The translations under genes and the position numbers were made by a program. 64,000 nucleotides of DNA from a virus (Duplodnaviria > Caudoviricetes), in IMG/VR virus record IMGVR_UViG_3300042479_000799, positions 18,197-82,196 of that record; one strand, 5' to 3'. The notes below the pieces were generated by a model. That model was not told the origin of the DNA. It was given only the letters and a program-made list of their open reading frames with translations, and made no database searches. Below are positions 1 through 9,482 of this stretch, in pieces (the stretch's first letter is position 1; each line of letters opens with the position of its first letter).

Positions 1-48
1 TTAGAGTATATAACTGAACAAATATTAAATAATTAGTAAATAAACTAT

Positions 49-750
49 TTAAGAATTCCTATGATGATTTATTCTAACACTATCTGTTGATATATTATCA
101 TATATTAATCCGTATTGTGATATATCTGGCATACATGTTATATTATAATTATAACATAACAATGAAAATATAGCTTGATCATGTCTATGATCAATAAATT
201 CATTGCAATTTGGAAAAAATACGTTTGGTAAATCCATAATTACGTTTTTTTGTTCTGCGTAATATAACCACTTTTTAACAAAATTTACACAGAAATCAGT
301 TTTTCTGAAAAAAATAAATGATGCTAATATTTGTTCATCATCTTTAAATTTATATACATCATTAATAGAATTTATTGCAAAAAAACAATCTCCTTTTATC
401 CATTTATTATTTTTATTATTTTTAAGTTGAAAAGCCAATATACCCTTGTTATCAATTTTTTCTAATAAATCATCTGCCGGTTTAATAAAATTAGCACCGG
501 AATCCATATAAACAAGATATTCTCCATAGTCTATTTCATTTAATTTTTTAAGAATTAAATATGGTTTCCATAACCAATATCCAACCCCTCTCGGACTATC
601 TATAATGATTTTATTTTTTTCAATAAAATCATTATCAATGTCATTTTTTGAATATGATTGACAATTAAATCCAAAATCTTTAGCGGAATTTAATGCTAAT
701 TGTTGACTTTCAAAATAAAACTTATCAGCGTAATTAATAAAATATTTCAT
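49..750 (-). CDS. Putative glycosyltransferase
   Basis: GYWLWKPY, YMDSG (DxG/DxD-like) and C-terminal DHRHDQAIFS motifs, recurrent in phage/giant-virus GT-A-like proteins. Confidence 0.6.
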   Translation of the reverse strand: MKYFINYADKFYFESQQLALNSAKDFGFNCQSYSKNDIDNDFIEKNKIIIDSPRGVGYWLWKPYLILKKLNEIDYGEYLVYMDSGANFIKPADDLLEKIDNKGILAFQLKNNKNNKWIKGDCFFAINSINDVYKFKDDEQILASFIFFRKTDFCVNFVKKWLYYAEQKNVIMDLPNVFFPNCNEFIDHRHDQAIFSLLCYNYNITCMPDISQYGLIYDNISTDSVRINHHRNS

Positions 751-782
751 ATAAACAAAAATAATATAATTAATTTATATAT

Positions 783-1451
783 ATGTATGATAATATGTTA
801 TTTGTTTTAATATCAACTACCCATAAAAATCAAGAAAGAATACTTTCAGTTAAAAATACATGGGCAAAACATATGGATCATTTATATTATTCAGATCATT
901 ATGATGCAGATAACAATATTATAAAAGTATCTGATGATGATTGTTATACCAGTAATGAGGAAAAAGGTATTAATATTTTAAATTCATTAAAAAATATAAA
1001 AAAGAATAATGAATATATTTTAGATTTATATAAATGGATGTATTTTGTTGATGATGATACTTTTGTTAATTACAAACTTGTATTTACAATGATTAAAGAT
1101 TTTGATGAAGATAATGTTTACGGTTATATTCTAAATAAAAATAATAACACAGATAATCCAATATTTAAACATAAAGATGTACCATCAGACTTTTCTTACA
1201 TAGCCGGCGGCACGGGATTTTTTATAAGCAGCAAAACTGTAAAACAAATTAATTTTAAAAATTTTAAATTTGGATATACTGATGTAAGTATGGGATTTAA
1301 TTTTAGAAATAATAACATTAAATTAGTAAATAAAGATAACTGTTGTCGTGATTATTCAAAATTAAATAATATAAATGATATGAGTCATTTATACTCATTT
1401 CATTATGTAACTACTTATGATAGTATGATATTTTTATATAATAATATCTAA
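783..1451 (+). CDS. Fringe-like/GT31 glycosyltransferase
   Basis: WMYFVDDDTFVN (DDD motif), GGTGFFIS, DVSMG, SFHYV follow the Fringe/galactosyl-T layout. Confidence 0.75.
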   Translation: MYDNMLFVLISTTHKNQERILSVKNTWAKHMDHLYYSDHYDADNNIIKVSDDDCYTSNEEKGINILNSLKNIKKNNEYILDLYKWMYFVDDDTFVNYKLVFTMIKDFDEDNVYGYILNKNNNTDNPIFKHKDVPSDFSYIAGGTGFFISSKTVKQINFKNFKFGYTDVSMGFNFRNNNIKLVNKDNCCRDYSKLNNINDMSHLYSFHYVTTYDSMIFLYNNI

Positions 1452-1508
1452 AATAGATTCTAGATTAAAATAATAAACATTAACTGTTGTTTTCTTATAT
1501 TTATAGTT

Positions 1509-2105
1509 ATGTCAAATACTATAAATGAAAATGATTTGGGAGATAGAATGTACACAGGACAATCCTTTGTACAAGGAGGATTAGGCGGTGCTTCTAGTTT
1601 GGGTACTTATAGTTCACCTGATGTATCCCAAAATCCTGGTTCATTCAAATATGCTCCGACTATAGCTGGTTCTGCAAGTGATATTAGTACACCTCCACCA
1701 GATGATTATGATAATAAATCAACATATGATCCAGGTCAATATCAAAAAGATATTCAAGATATCAAATACAAGGTAACACCAGATGAAGTTTTAGCTGGTT
1801 TACAATATGAATTGAAGAAAATGGTGTTTAAAAGAAAAGACTTGGCTAAAGAATTGGTGGTAAGAAATCTTAAAGAAGATAACAAATACTACAGTAAATT
1901 GCATATGTTAAATATAGATGATGATGACAAGTTACCCGCAAAACCATCATTTATGAGTCCAGAATCAAAATCACAACCATATAATTTAAAAGCTACACCA
2001 CAACAAGAAGTTGTAGATTATCGTACACCACAAGAAAAAGAAATTGCTAAAATCATTAGAGAAATGGCTCAAAAGAAATATGAAAAACGATTCCCAAAAG
2101 CCTAA
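1509..2105 (+). CDS. Late hypothetical protein with a degenerate DUF5661-like module
   Basis: GLQYE...LAKELVVRNLKEDNKYYSKL; TATTTATA at 1498-1505. Confidence 0.6.
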   Translation: MSNTINENDLGDRMYTGQSFVQGGLGGASSLGTYSSPDVSQNPGSFKYAPTIAGSASDISTPPPDDYDNKSTYDPGQYQKDIQDIKYKVTPDEVLAGLQYELKKMVFKRKDLAKELVVRNLKEDNKYYSKLHMLNIDDDDKLPAKPSFMSPESKSQPYNLKATPQQEVVDYRTPQEKEIAKIIREMAQKKYEKRFPKA

Positions 2106-2868
2106 AAAAGAACCAAATGATCCATTAATCGGTGATCCTAGAATGAAAGGTAGAAGATGGATGATTGACCCATATTGGGATGACGGTAAAACTTTCAACA
2201 AAATTGATAAAATGAAAAAACTTAACGAATTTGATAAATGGACAGATACTGACCACAATGATTGGGATGTATCATATAAAGAATTTTATGAGCATTTAAC
2301 CGAGGGTGTCGATTCACTTATTGGTGGCGTAGGTGATATCACTGCTCCTAGTAATGTAAACACCAAAGAATTGTCAATTGGTGTTCAAGTTGAAATGGAA
2401 CATACCAACGACGACAAAATTGCAACCGAAATTGCAATGGATCATTTAACAGAAGATCCTGAATATTATTCAAAATTGGTTGCTGCTGGTCTAGCTAACG
2501 AATTTAAATCATCAACAAATTCTGGAATAGGCGATCCAAACCAAAGTTTAAATGACAAATCAAGAATTGGAAACAATAGTGTTTCAAGCAATAACATGGG
2601 CGGAAATATAGGACGTACACCAAATGGACAAGTAGATGGTAGAAGAAGTTTACCAATAGTTGATAAAACTATTGAAATTGATATTGAAGAACCTACTTTA
2701 AACGAAGCAAAGAAAAAGAAAAAGAAAAAAGGTGCAAAACCTACTAATCCAGCATTATGGTCTTCTTGTAAATCATGGGCAAGAAGAACATTTGATGTAT
2801 ATCCCAGTGCTTATGCTAATGCTGCGGCAGCAAAACGATATAAATCTAAAGGTGGAGGATGGAGATAA
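2080..2868 (+). CDS. Modular head-associated protein (DUF5661-like module plus basic PTNPALW...YPSAYAN module)
   Basis: GVQVEMEHTNDDKIATEIAMDHLTEDPEYYSKL; basic C-terminal module after TLNE; start moved from TTG 2044 to ATG 2080. Confidence 0.65.
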   Translation: MKNDSQKPKKEPNDPLIGDPRMKGRRWMIDPYWDDGKTFNKIDKMKKLNEFDKWTDTDHNDWDVSYKEFYEHLTEGVDSLIGGVGDITAPSNVNTKELSIGVQVEMEHTNDDKIATEIAMDHLTEDPEYYSKLVAAGLANEFKSSTNSGIGDPNQSLNDKSRIGNNSVSSNNMGGNIGRTPNGQVDGRRSLPIVDKTIEIDIEEPTLNEAKKKKKKKGAKPTNPALWSSCKSWARRTFDVYPSAYANAAAAKRYKSKGGGWR

Positions 2869-2872
2869 TTTT

Positions 2873-4729
2873 ATGAGTGACTATACTACATACACTAATT
2901 ACGCAAAAAAAGCAATTGATGAATTGCAACAATTAGCCACTTTCAAGAAATCTTTAAAAGGTAAGAAATTAGCCGATAAAATTCGTGAAGCTGGATTGAA
3001 ACTAATCACCAAAAGCGGTGTTGATTCCATATTACACGGATTGGGTGAAAGTAATGGTTTCCAGAATCTTACCCCCGCACAAAAACAAACTGCTGAAAAA
3101 TTAGTATCATTAAAAGATACTGCGTTAACCCATAAATCATCTAGTATTCAAGGTGTACTTGATGAAAATGCTGAAATGGCTCAAAGTGATATTACTAAAA
3201 TTATTGATTATAGTGAAAAACTACAATCAATGTTTACTGTAAATGACAACTTGGAAGATTGGGTAAAAGCTAAGTTGAATCACGCTTGTGATTATGTAGC
3301 TACTGTAAGAGATTATCTTAAGTTTTATAATGAAGAAAAACAAAAGGGTACACAAAATATTGAAGAAAAGTGGTCAAATACATATAAAAAATCAATAGAT
3401 TGTAGTAACGCAAAAGGATTTAGTCAAAAAGCACATTGTGCAGCTCGTAGAAAAAGACAAGCTGGTGGAAAAACACAAAGTAAATCAGTCAAGGAATGTT
3501 ATAAAGAAGCAGTTCAAGAACTATTAAAAGAACAAAATAGTAGTATGGCAATGGGTGCGTTAAAACAACTTAATAGTGACGCAAAAGAATTACAAACAAT
3601 GTTGCAACCAACTACTCAATTAGAAGATTGGGTAAAGTCTAAATTGAATCTTGCAGGTGAATATCTTGATGATGTTTATCATCATTTGGATCATTTTGGT
3701 TCAAAAGGTAGACAATTTGATGAAAATTACTATACAGATAAAGACATAGAGAGACAAAAAAGGATGTTGAGATTTAGTTCTACAACACCCCCTGAAAAGA
3801 AATATTGGTTTACACCAAGTGGTACAGTAGCTGAAGCAGGTTTGAGTCATGAAGGATGGATTAAAAACAATGATCCATCTTTGGTAGGTGCAACTTTAGT
3901 TGATACATATGATAATGCAATAAGAAAAGGTTATATTAGAGCAGTTGTTATGTATGATGTCTTGTTTTTATCCAATATGTTAAACCATGACTTTTCTATG
4001 AATGGCAATTCAAACGATAATATTCCTATGGTAAAATCAATAGTATTAGATGCAATTAAAAATTTTGTAAAAGAAAAGAATATTAAATCAGTTGCAACTG
4101 GTAAGGGTAAACCTATTAAAGATTTAAGTCCAGATGAAGAAGATCAAATTACAGAAGATTGGAAGAAGAAATTAGCAACAGCTGCATTAGCCGCATCTAC
4201 TATGTTTGGTACACCAGATGTTCAAGCAAATCCTACATTAACTAGACCAGAAACAACTGCGGTTTCGCAGGTTAAACAACTATATACAGTTGAAGATGTT
4301 ATTGCTGCTACAATAGTAGACGAAGCTGGTGGAGAAAAGAATGCTTACGAAGGTATGCAAGCTGTTTTAAATGTAATTATGAATCGTGTTAATGGAGATG
4401 TTCGAAAAGCAGCGATGCAATGTTTAAAACCATATCAATTTAGTGGATGGAATAAGGTCAATAAAAAAGATTCAGATTCAATCAAGAAATATATTGATTC
4501 AAAAAAGAGTCATGCAAGATTTAAAATTGCACTTGATTTAGTTAATCAAGCAAAAAGTGGTTCTTTAAAAGATATTACAAGTGGTGCAAATCATTTTTTA
4601 AATGTACAGTTAACTAAACAACAACGATCCAGCGGTAAATTACCATCTTGGTATAATAAAGATAAAGTTGTTGCTGATATAGGTAGACACCAGTTTCTTA
4701 AATTACAAGAAATGCATGAACTTTCCTGA
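2873..4729 (+). CDS. Multi-module virion protein with C-terminal SleB/Hydrolase_2 cell-wall hydrolase
   Basis: IAATIVDEAGGE, AVLNVIMNRV, PYQFSGWN, GANHF, IGRHQF; two LEDWVKxKL modules; GGAG at 2861-2864 supports ATG 2873. Confidence 0.8.
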   Translation: MSDYTTYTNYAKKAIDELQQLATFKKSLKGKKLADKIREAGLKLITKSGVDSILHGLGESNGFQNLTPAQKQTAEKLVSLKDTALTHKSSSIQGVLDENAEMAQSDITKIIDYSEKLQSMFTVNDNLEDWVKAKLNHACDYVATVRDYLKFYNEEKQKGTQNIEEKWSNTYKKSIDCSNAKGFSQKAHCAARRKRQAGGKTQSKSVKECYKEAVQELLKEQNSSMAMGALKQLNSDAKELQTMLQPTTQLEDWVKSKLNLAGEYLDDVYHHLDHFGSKGRQFDENYYTDKDIERQKRMLRFSSTTPPEKKYWFTPSGTVAEAGLSHEGWIKNNDPSLVGATLVDTYDNAIRKGYIRAVVMYDVLFLSNMLNHDFSMNGNSNDNIPMVKSIVLDAIKNFVKEKNIKSVATGKGKPIKDLSPDEEDQITEDWKKKLATAALAASTMFGTPDVQANPTLTRPETTAVSQVKQLYTVEDVIAATIVDEAGGEKNAYEGMQAVLNVIMNRVNGDVRKAAMQCLKPYQFSGWNKVNKKDSDSIKKYIDSKKSHARFKIALDLVNQAKSGSLKDITSGANHFLNVQLTKQQRSSGKLPSWYNKDKVVADIGRHQFLKLQEMHELS

Positions 4730-4994
4730 AATTCCAACTTCATTAAACGATCCAATTTTTCAAAGTTTGGTTCGTAGAAAACAACAAGGTGAAGATACAA
4801 ATCTACCACCTATACAAGAATTTCCACAACAAGACATTAATGAATTGGAATCATTTTGTCGTAAGTATGGTATAATTGGGTTTAATTGTGGACGAATGCA
4901 TCCAAGAGCAGCATTAAGAATGCTTAAAATGAAAATGGGTGTTCCAAATGAAGAAAAACCCATTGTTGAAAACAGGTCGTTATTAAAAGGTTAA
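4716..4994 (+). CDS. Hypothetical protein
   Basis: 92-aa ORF overlapping the upstream stop; codon bias like its neighbours. Confidence 0.6.
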   Translation: MNFPEIPTSLNDPIFQSLVRRKQQGEDTNLPPIQEFPQQDINELESFCRKYGIIGFNCGRMHPRAALRMLKMKMGVPNEEKPIVENRSLLKG

Positions 4995-5854
4995 GTTATC
5001 CATCTAACAATAGGTGTTCTAACCCATACATCGTTAGTGTAGATATAAATAAAGTTATTGTCAAATCTTACTTCACCAGGCATTCCTGATGATGTATAAT
5101 TTGTAGGTGCAGATCCTGTATTATTCAGATTTAAATATACAAAAGAACCTGTGTCTGCTGTAATAGTATTATCTACATATACATTAGATGCAGTAATATA
5201 TCCACTTGCACTAATATTGCTTGCTGTAATACTTAATGCTATAATATCATTTGGATCTGATAACATTCTACCAACATACTGATATACAGTAGCATATATT
5301 CTATTAGATGGTACAGTAGTAGTTGTAAATTGTAATATACCGCTTTTATAATCAAATTGATATGACGCACTTGGACTTAATGGAGTGAATGTTATACCAT
5401 TAGCAGAAGTAAACAATGCAATATTATAACCTGGAGGATTACCGTTGTTATCTGCATCTGCACTTTGATTGACGATGTTTGAATCGCTTATATACTTTGG
5501 ACTTATGAAATTGGTTTGTTGTCCAACATCAATCAATTGACTTCCGATACCAGCAACACTGCCTGTTGGAGAAGTAAAGTACCAAACGGAACTACCAGTA
5601 ACAGTATTATTTGCGACTGTAAGAGGCCATTTATACCAATATTTTATTACACCAGATGTAACTGTAGTACCAGCAGTTGCACTTGATGAATAAGGAAGAC
5701 TTGCACTAGGTATTAGATTGGTTTGAGACCAAATTTCAGAAGAACCTATTTGGATTGTAGATGCAAATGCTTCTTGAGAATCGGTAAGATCGGTACTGGT
5801 GTATCGTCTTCCAACTAAAAGTCTTATTGCTTTTGTAAGAGTATCAAATGCCAT
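4991..5854 (-). CDS. Putative virion structural protein
   Basis: S/T/G/N-rich and beta-prone; ITASNISASG repeats shared with the adjacent gene. Confidence 0.55.
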   Translation of the reverse strand: MAFDTLTKAIRLLVGRRYTSTDLTDSQEAFASTIQIGSSEIWSQTNLIPSASLPYSSSATAGTTVTSGVIKYWYKWPLTVANNTVTGSSVWYFTSPTGSVAGIGSQLIDVGQQTNFISPKYISDSNIVNQSADADNNGNPPGYNIALFTSANGITFTPLSPSASYQFDYKSGILQFTTTTVPSNRIYATVYQYVGRMLSDPNDIIALSITASNISASGYITASNVYVDNTITADTGSFVYLNLNNTGSAPTNYTSSGMPGEVRFDNNFIYIYTNDVWVRTPIVRWIT

Positions 5855-5863
5855 ATAGTATAA

Positions 5864-8680
5864 TTATGCGAATTTTTCTATTTTCAAACTTGTTAATGGA
5901 GTTGGACTTCCATTATATCTTACTATAACATATAATTCATCTTTACTTGCGACTGTACTATCCAATGTCATACCGTCAACATTTCTTAATGGTATATTAA
6001 TTACACCACCACTGTTACTTGCACCACTACCATTATTACCGTATAAGTCTATATTTGCACTAAATGGATTTTTACCGTCTGTAGACAAATTGGAAGTGGA
6101 TATGTTTGAAGAAACAATGTTATTAGCTAAATTGGCAATATCATATATTCTGCATCTAGCATAAGTATTTGAATTACCGCTTTCAAATATCAATCCAATT
6201 GCAATACTATTTGCAGTAGTTTCATCCCATTTAACTAATGTAGTATTACCAGTAAGTGTGATTCTTAATGTATTTACAACAGCGGTTGTTTTAAAATATC
6301 TTACATAATATTTGTAAGTTGTACCATATGATGATGGATACCAATATCCATTTGCACCACCTTGATTCACTAAGAATCCCGGCTTAACTTGAAGACTGGA
6401 TGTTGGTAGATATGATGCACTATTGAAATAACTTCCACTTGAATTTAATAAATTGTCATTTAATACCATTCTGTATGATTCATCCAAGAATTGTTCTGTA
6501 TTTGGATTCGTACTGAATGTTAAAGAACCTGTTGTATATCCTTCGGGTCTTCCGTAGTATAATAAACTACCACTTGCGCTAGGAATTCCAAATGAACCAG
6601 CAGTATGAATAGTTGCTGTTTGACTTCCAAGTGTTGTTCCTGAACCAGCTCTATTGTATGTGGTATTATTAACAATAAATGTTGTTATTGTTGCTCCTGA
6701 TGACGCTGCTGTGGTTCCAGTACCAACTGCACTCATTGTTACACCGAATACAATTATATCTGATTCAAATGGATATGAACCAACAGTTCTTGTTGTTGTA
6801 TAATCTGAAGACTTTACAACATTTGCGGTTTGTATTGTTGGATTTGTAGTTAAAGTTGTTGTATTTGCAGTAGTTAAACCTAATGCGTTACTTGGAATTG
6901 TTGTTGTTGAAACTGTTCCATTATAATATAAAGGATTGAATGCATTACTTGCGGTAACAGTGTATATATAAGACGATCCACTTGTAATGTATGGTGCGCC
7001 GCTTAAACTTCTAGTTACAATGGATGATGCGGTGATTGTACTTCCTGGAGAACTGATTGTTTGAGTAAAATTACCGTCAACTAATGGAGTATAATATTGC
7101 GTTAAATTGCTGCCTGTAAAATAAGAATATGTTGAACTACCAGAATTTATTCCTACAAATCCAGATATAATATAAATACCAGAACTACTTACCGAAGACA
7201 AACTGATACTATTTGTTAAATTTGATCCTGTAAAATTATTAAAATATCCATCTTGATATATTGGTGGTATAACCGCCATATTTGCGGATGGAATTATTCT
7301 TAATGCGATTGGAGTTGCAATACTTAAAGTACCATTATCACTAGATTGACTTACTACAACATTGGTATTATTGGTATAGTTTACTGTTCCAACACTACTT
7401 GATGCAAATGTAAGTGTGAATGATCCGCTTAATCTTACGGTATTTAATGCGCCGTTATTTAATAAACCCAATCCAAATGCATTTGTTCCTAAACTGGAAC
7501 TTACTGTGGTAGATCCACCTACTGTACTTCCATACAATGCGTAATTTGCAGCATTTCTAAATGTATATCCACTAAAAATTGTTTGTCCGATTGTTGCCCA
7601 TCCAAGAGGTTGCAGATAGTTTACATATTGATTAGTCGAACCACTTGGTATTCGTCCATTAATTGTAATCGTCGATCCTACATTAGTATTTGTTGTTGAA
7701 ACACTACTTAAAATTTTTGTATTTGGAGCAGGAATAGGGAAACTCGCACTAAATGCTCCGGCTAAAAATCTTAGAGCATCTGATACATTGGTATCTGATG
7801 TCCAAGTTGAAAAATAAGAACCTGTCATAGAATTACCCCACGGATATGATGTACTTGGTATTCCAACATTTATATTTGATGATGATATTCTACCAGATAC
7901 GGAAATTGCACCGTCATATGTTAATGTATTTCCTATTTCTGATAGATTTGATGCGGTTAAATTACCAATCGCAGTTTCAACTTTTAAAAATGTATTTACT
8001 GGAAGTTGTTTTTCATTTCCAAAATCACTTACCGGACCTTGTAATATTAGTGCGCTGCTAGTTACGACAGGACTAGAACCAGTTTGATTGTTAGTCAATA
8101 ACCAGTAATTGTTTGCACTATCCCATAACAATGAACTGGTAACAGAAGTGTTACTACCACTGTCAGTTAAATCTAATCCAGCATATCTTTGACTAAAAGA
8201 ACCTGTACTCCAAGCATTTAATTGTATTCTATTATCACCAATTATTACTGTGCTTGAACTAATATTCACTACAGAACTGGTACCAAATACAGTTAAGTCT
8301 CCATATAATACGGTGATACCTTTTACAGACAATGTACCTAACTCTGTATTGCCACTTGCGCTTATATTACTTGATGTAACATTGGTTAAATTAGAATTTA
8401 ATGCGGTTAAATTATTAGTAATTATAGAACTACCTGATAAACTACCACTTAAACTTCCAATAAATACAGAAGAGCTTATTACTGATGCGGTAACATTAGT
8501 AAAATTTGCTGTGCTTGATGTAAGTGTCCCAATAGCAACACCTTCTAATGTAGATGTACCAATAACAGATCCTGTAGAATCTGTTCTTAATATGAGACTA
8601 TTACCGTTAACATATTTTTCTTGATATGCGGTATTAGTTACATTTCGCTGGTCAAACCTGATATCTTTAGCACTTGCCAT
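5864..8680 (-). CDS. Large putative virion structural (tail/fibre-like) protein
   Basis: 938 aa, very S/T/G/N-rich, few charged residues; TATTTATA 4 nt before ATG. Confidence 0.6.
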   Translation of the reverse strand: MASAKDIRFDQRNVTNTAYQEKYVNGNSLILRTDSTGSVIGTSTLEGVAIGTLTSSTANFTNVTASVISSSVFIGSLSGSLSGSSIITNNLTALNSNLTNVTSSNISASGNTELGTLSVKGITVLYGDLTVFGTSSVVNISSSTVIIGDNRIQLNAWSTGSFSQRYAGLDLTDSGSNTSVTSSLLWDSANNYWLLTNNQTGSSPVVTSSALILQGPVSDFGNEKQLPVNTFLKVETAIGNLTASNLSEIGNTLTYDGAISVSGRISSSNINVGIPSTSYPWGNSMTGSYFSTWTSDTNVSDALRFLAGAFSASFPIPAPNTKILSSVSTTNTNVGSTITINGRIPSGSTNQYVNYLQPLGWATIGQTIFSGYTFRNAANYALYGSTVGGSTTVSSSLGTNAFGLGLLNNGALNTVRLSGSFTLTFASSSVGTVNYTNNTNVVVSQSSDNGTLSIATPIALRIIPSANMAVIPPIYQDGYFNNFTGSNLTNSISLSSVSSSGIYIISGFVGINSGSSTYSYFTGSNLTQYYTPLVDGNFTQTISSPGSTITASSIVTRSLSGAPYITSGSSYIYTVTASNAFNPLYYNGTVSTTTIPSNALGLTTANTTTLTTNPTIQTANVVKSSDYTTTRTVGSYPFESDIIVFGVTMSAVGTGTTAASSGATITTFIVNNTTYNRAGSGTTLGSQTATIHTAGSFGIPSASGSLLYYGRPEGYTTGSLTFSTNPNTEQFLDESYRMVLNDNLLNSSGSYFNSASYLPTSSLQVKPGFLVNQGGANGYWYPSSYGTTYKYYVRYFKTTAVVNTLRITLTGNTTLVKWDETTANSIAIGLIFESGNSNTYARCRIYDIANLANNIVSSNISTSNLSTDGKNPFSANIDLYGNNGSGASNSGGVINIPLRNVDGMTLDSTVASKDELYVIVRYNGSPTPLTSLKIEKFA

Positions 8681-8733
8681 ATTTTATAAATATTGAATAT
8701 TTATACTTAATTACATTATATTTATAAAGGATT

Positions 8734-9111
8734 ATGTCATACCCAATTGAAAAGTTAGAAAATCAAATGCTTGACTTGATAGATGAAGTTTATGCAGATA
8801 GTGGATTGGGTAGATGGTTTGGCAAAGGTGGTGGAGGCAGTTCATCCGGCGGTGGTTGGGATAGATACAATAGTAGCGGTAAAAAAGCTGGTAAATGTGG
8901 TGATGCAAAAAAAGGAAGCAGTTATAGTGCTTGTTTAGGCAAAAAGTATGCTGATAGATTAAGATCTAAGGGTGGTAAAAAAGCTATTGCAAATTGGGTA
9001 AAAAGAAAAAAGTCTGCTCAAAATAAAGCTGGTAGAGGAGAAAAAGGCAGTGGTGGCAAAGGTAAAGCTCCTGTAAAAGTAAGTTATAAAGAAACATTAT
9101 CAAGAGATTAA
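8734..9111 (+). CDS. Small basic K/G-rich late protein (possible head/DNA-binding)
   Basis: LIDE then GLGRWF, paired Cys, high Lys/Gly; TATTTATA at 8719-8726. Confidence 0.55.
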   Translation: MSYPIEKLENQMLDLIDEVYADSGLGRWFGKGGGGSSSGGGWDRYNSSGKKAGKCGDAKKGSSYSACLGKKYADRLRSKGGKKAIANWVKRKKSAQNKAGRGEKGSGGKGKAPVKVSYKETLSRD

Positions 9112-9162
9112 TAATAACTTGATTTTCATTTATTATATCGTAATATATACACATATACAAAT

Positions 9163-9480
9163 ATGTATAAATGTATGAATAAATTTTATATTATAGATAC
9201 TACACAACGAAACGAACCTTTTATATTTGAAAATGTACAAGGTTTAATTACACATTTAGAAGGTACTGTTAAACGAAAGTTTGGACAAACCAGAGCCAAT
9301 TATATGCAAAATCTAATTGATTTGGGACATGGTTACGATGATCGTGAAGGTAGAACTTTTACAGAATCAATGCGAACAATATTTAATATTGGCATTGTTT
9401 CAAAAGGTGGTATATTGAAGAACTGTAACATCCATGATGTTGCACAGTATAGTAAATACCGAACTGAAATGGGTGATTAA
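9163..9480 (+). CDS. Hypothetical protein
   Basis: 105-aa ORF in an operon with the helicase. Confidence 0.6.
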   Translation: MYKCMNKFYIIDTTQRNEPFIFENVQGLITHLEGTVKRKFGQTRANYMQNLIDLGHGYDDREGRTFTESMRTIFNIGIVSKGGILKNCNIHDVAQYSKYRTEMGD

Positions 9481-9482
9481 AC

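Noticed and set aside
7846-8624. Antisense ORFs inside long genes (e.g. 7846, 8250, 13781, 29505-30218, 48850)
   Set aside because: Shadow frames of real genes; no start context or motifs.
5864-8680. S/T/G/N periodicity as a novel repeat system
   Set aside because: Low-complexity beta-rich composition typical of phage structural proteins; no exact repeat unit found.
8685-8692. T4-type late promoter TATAAATA on the forward strand
   Set aside because: Its orientation relative to the adjacent ATGs is consistently reversed, so it is treated as TATTTATA on the coding strand instead.
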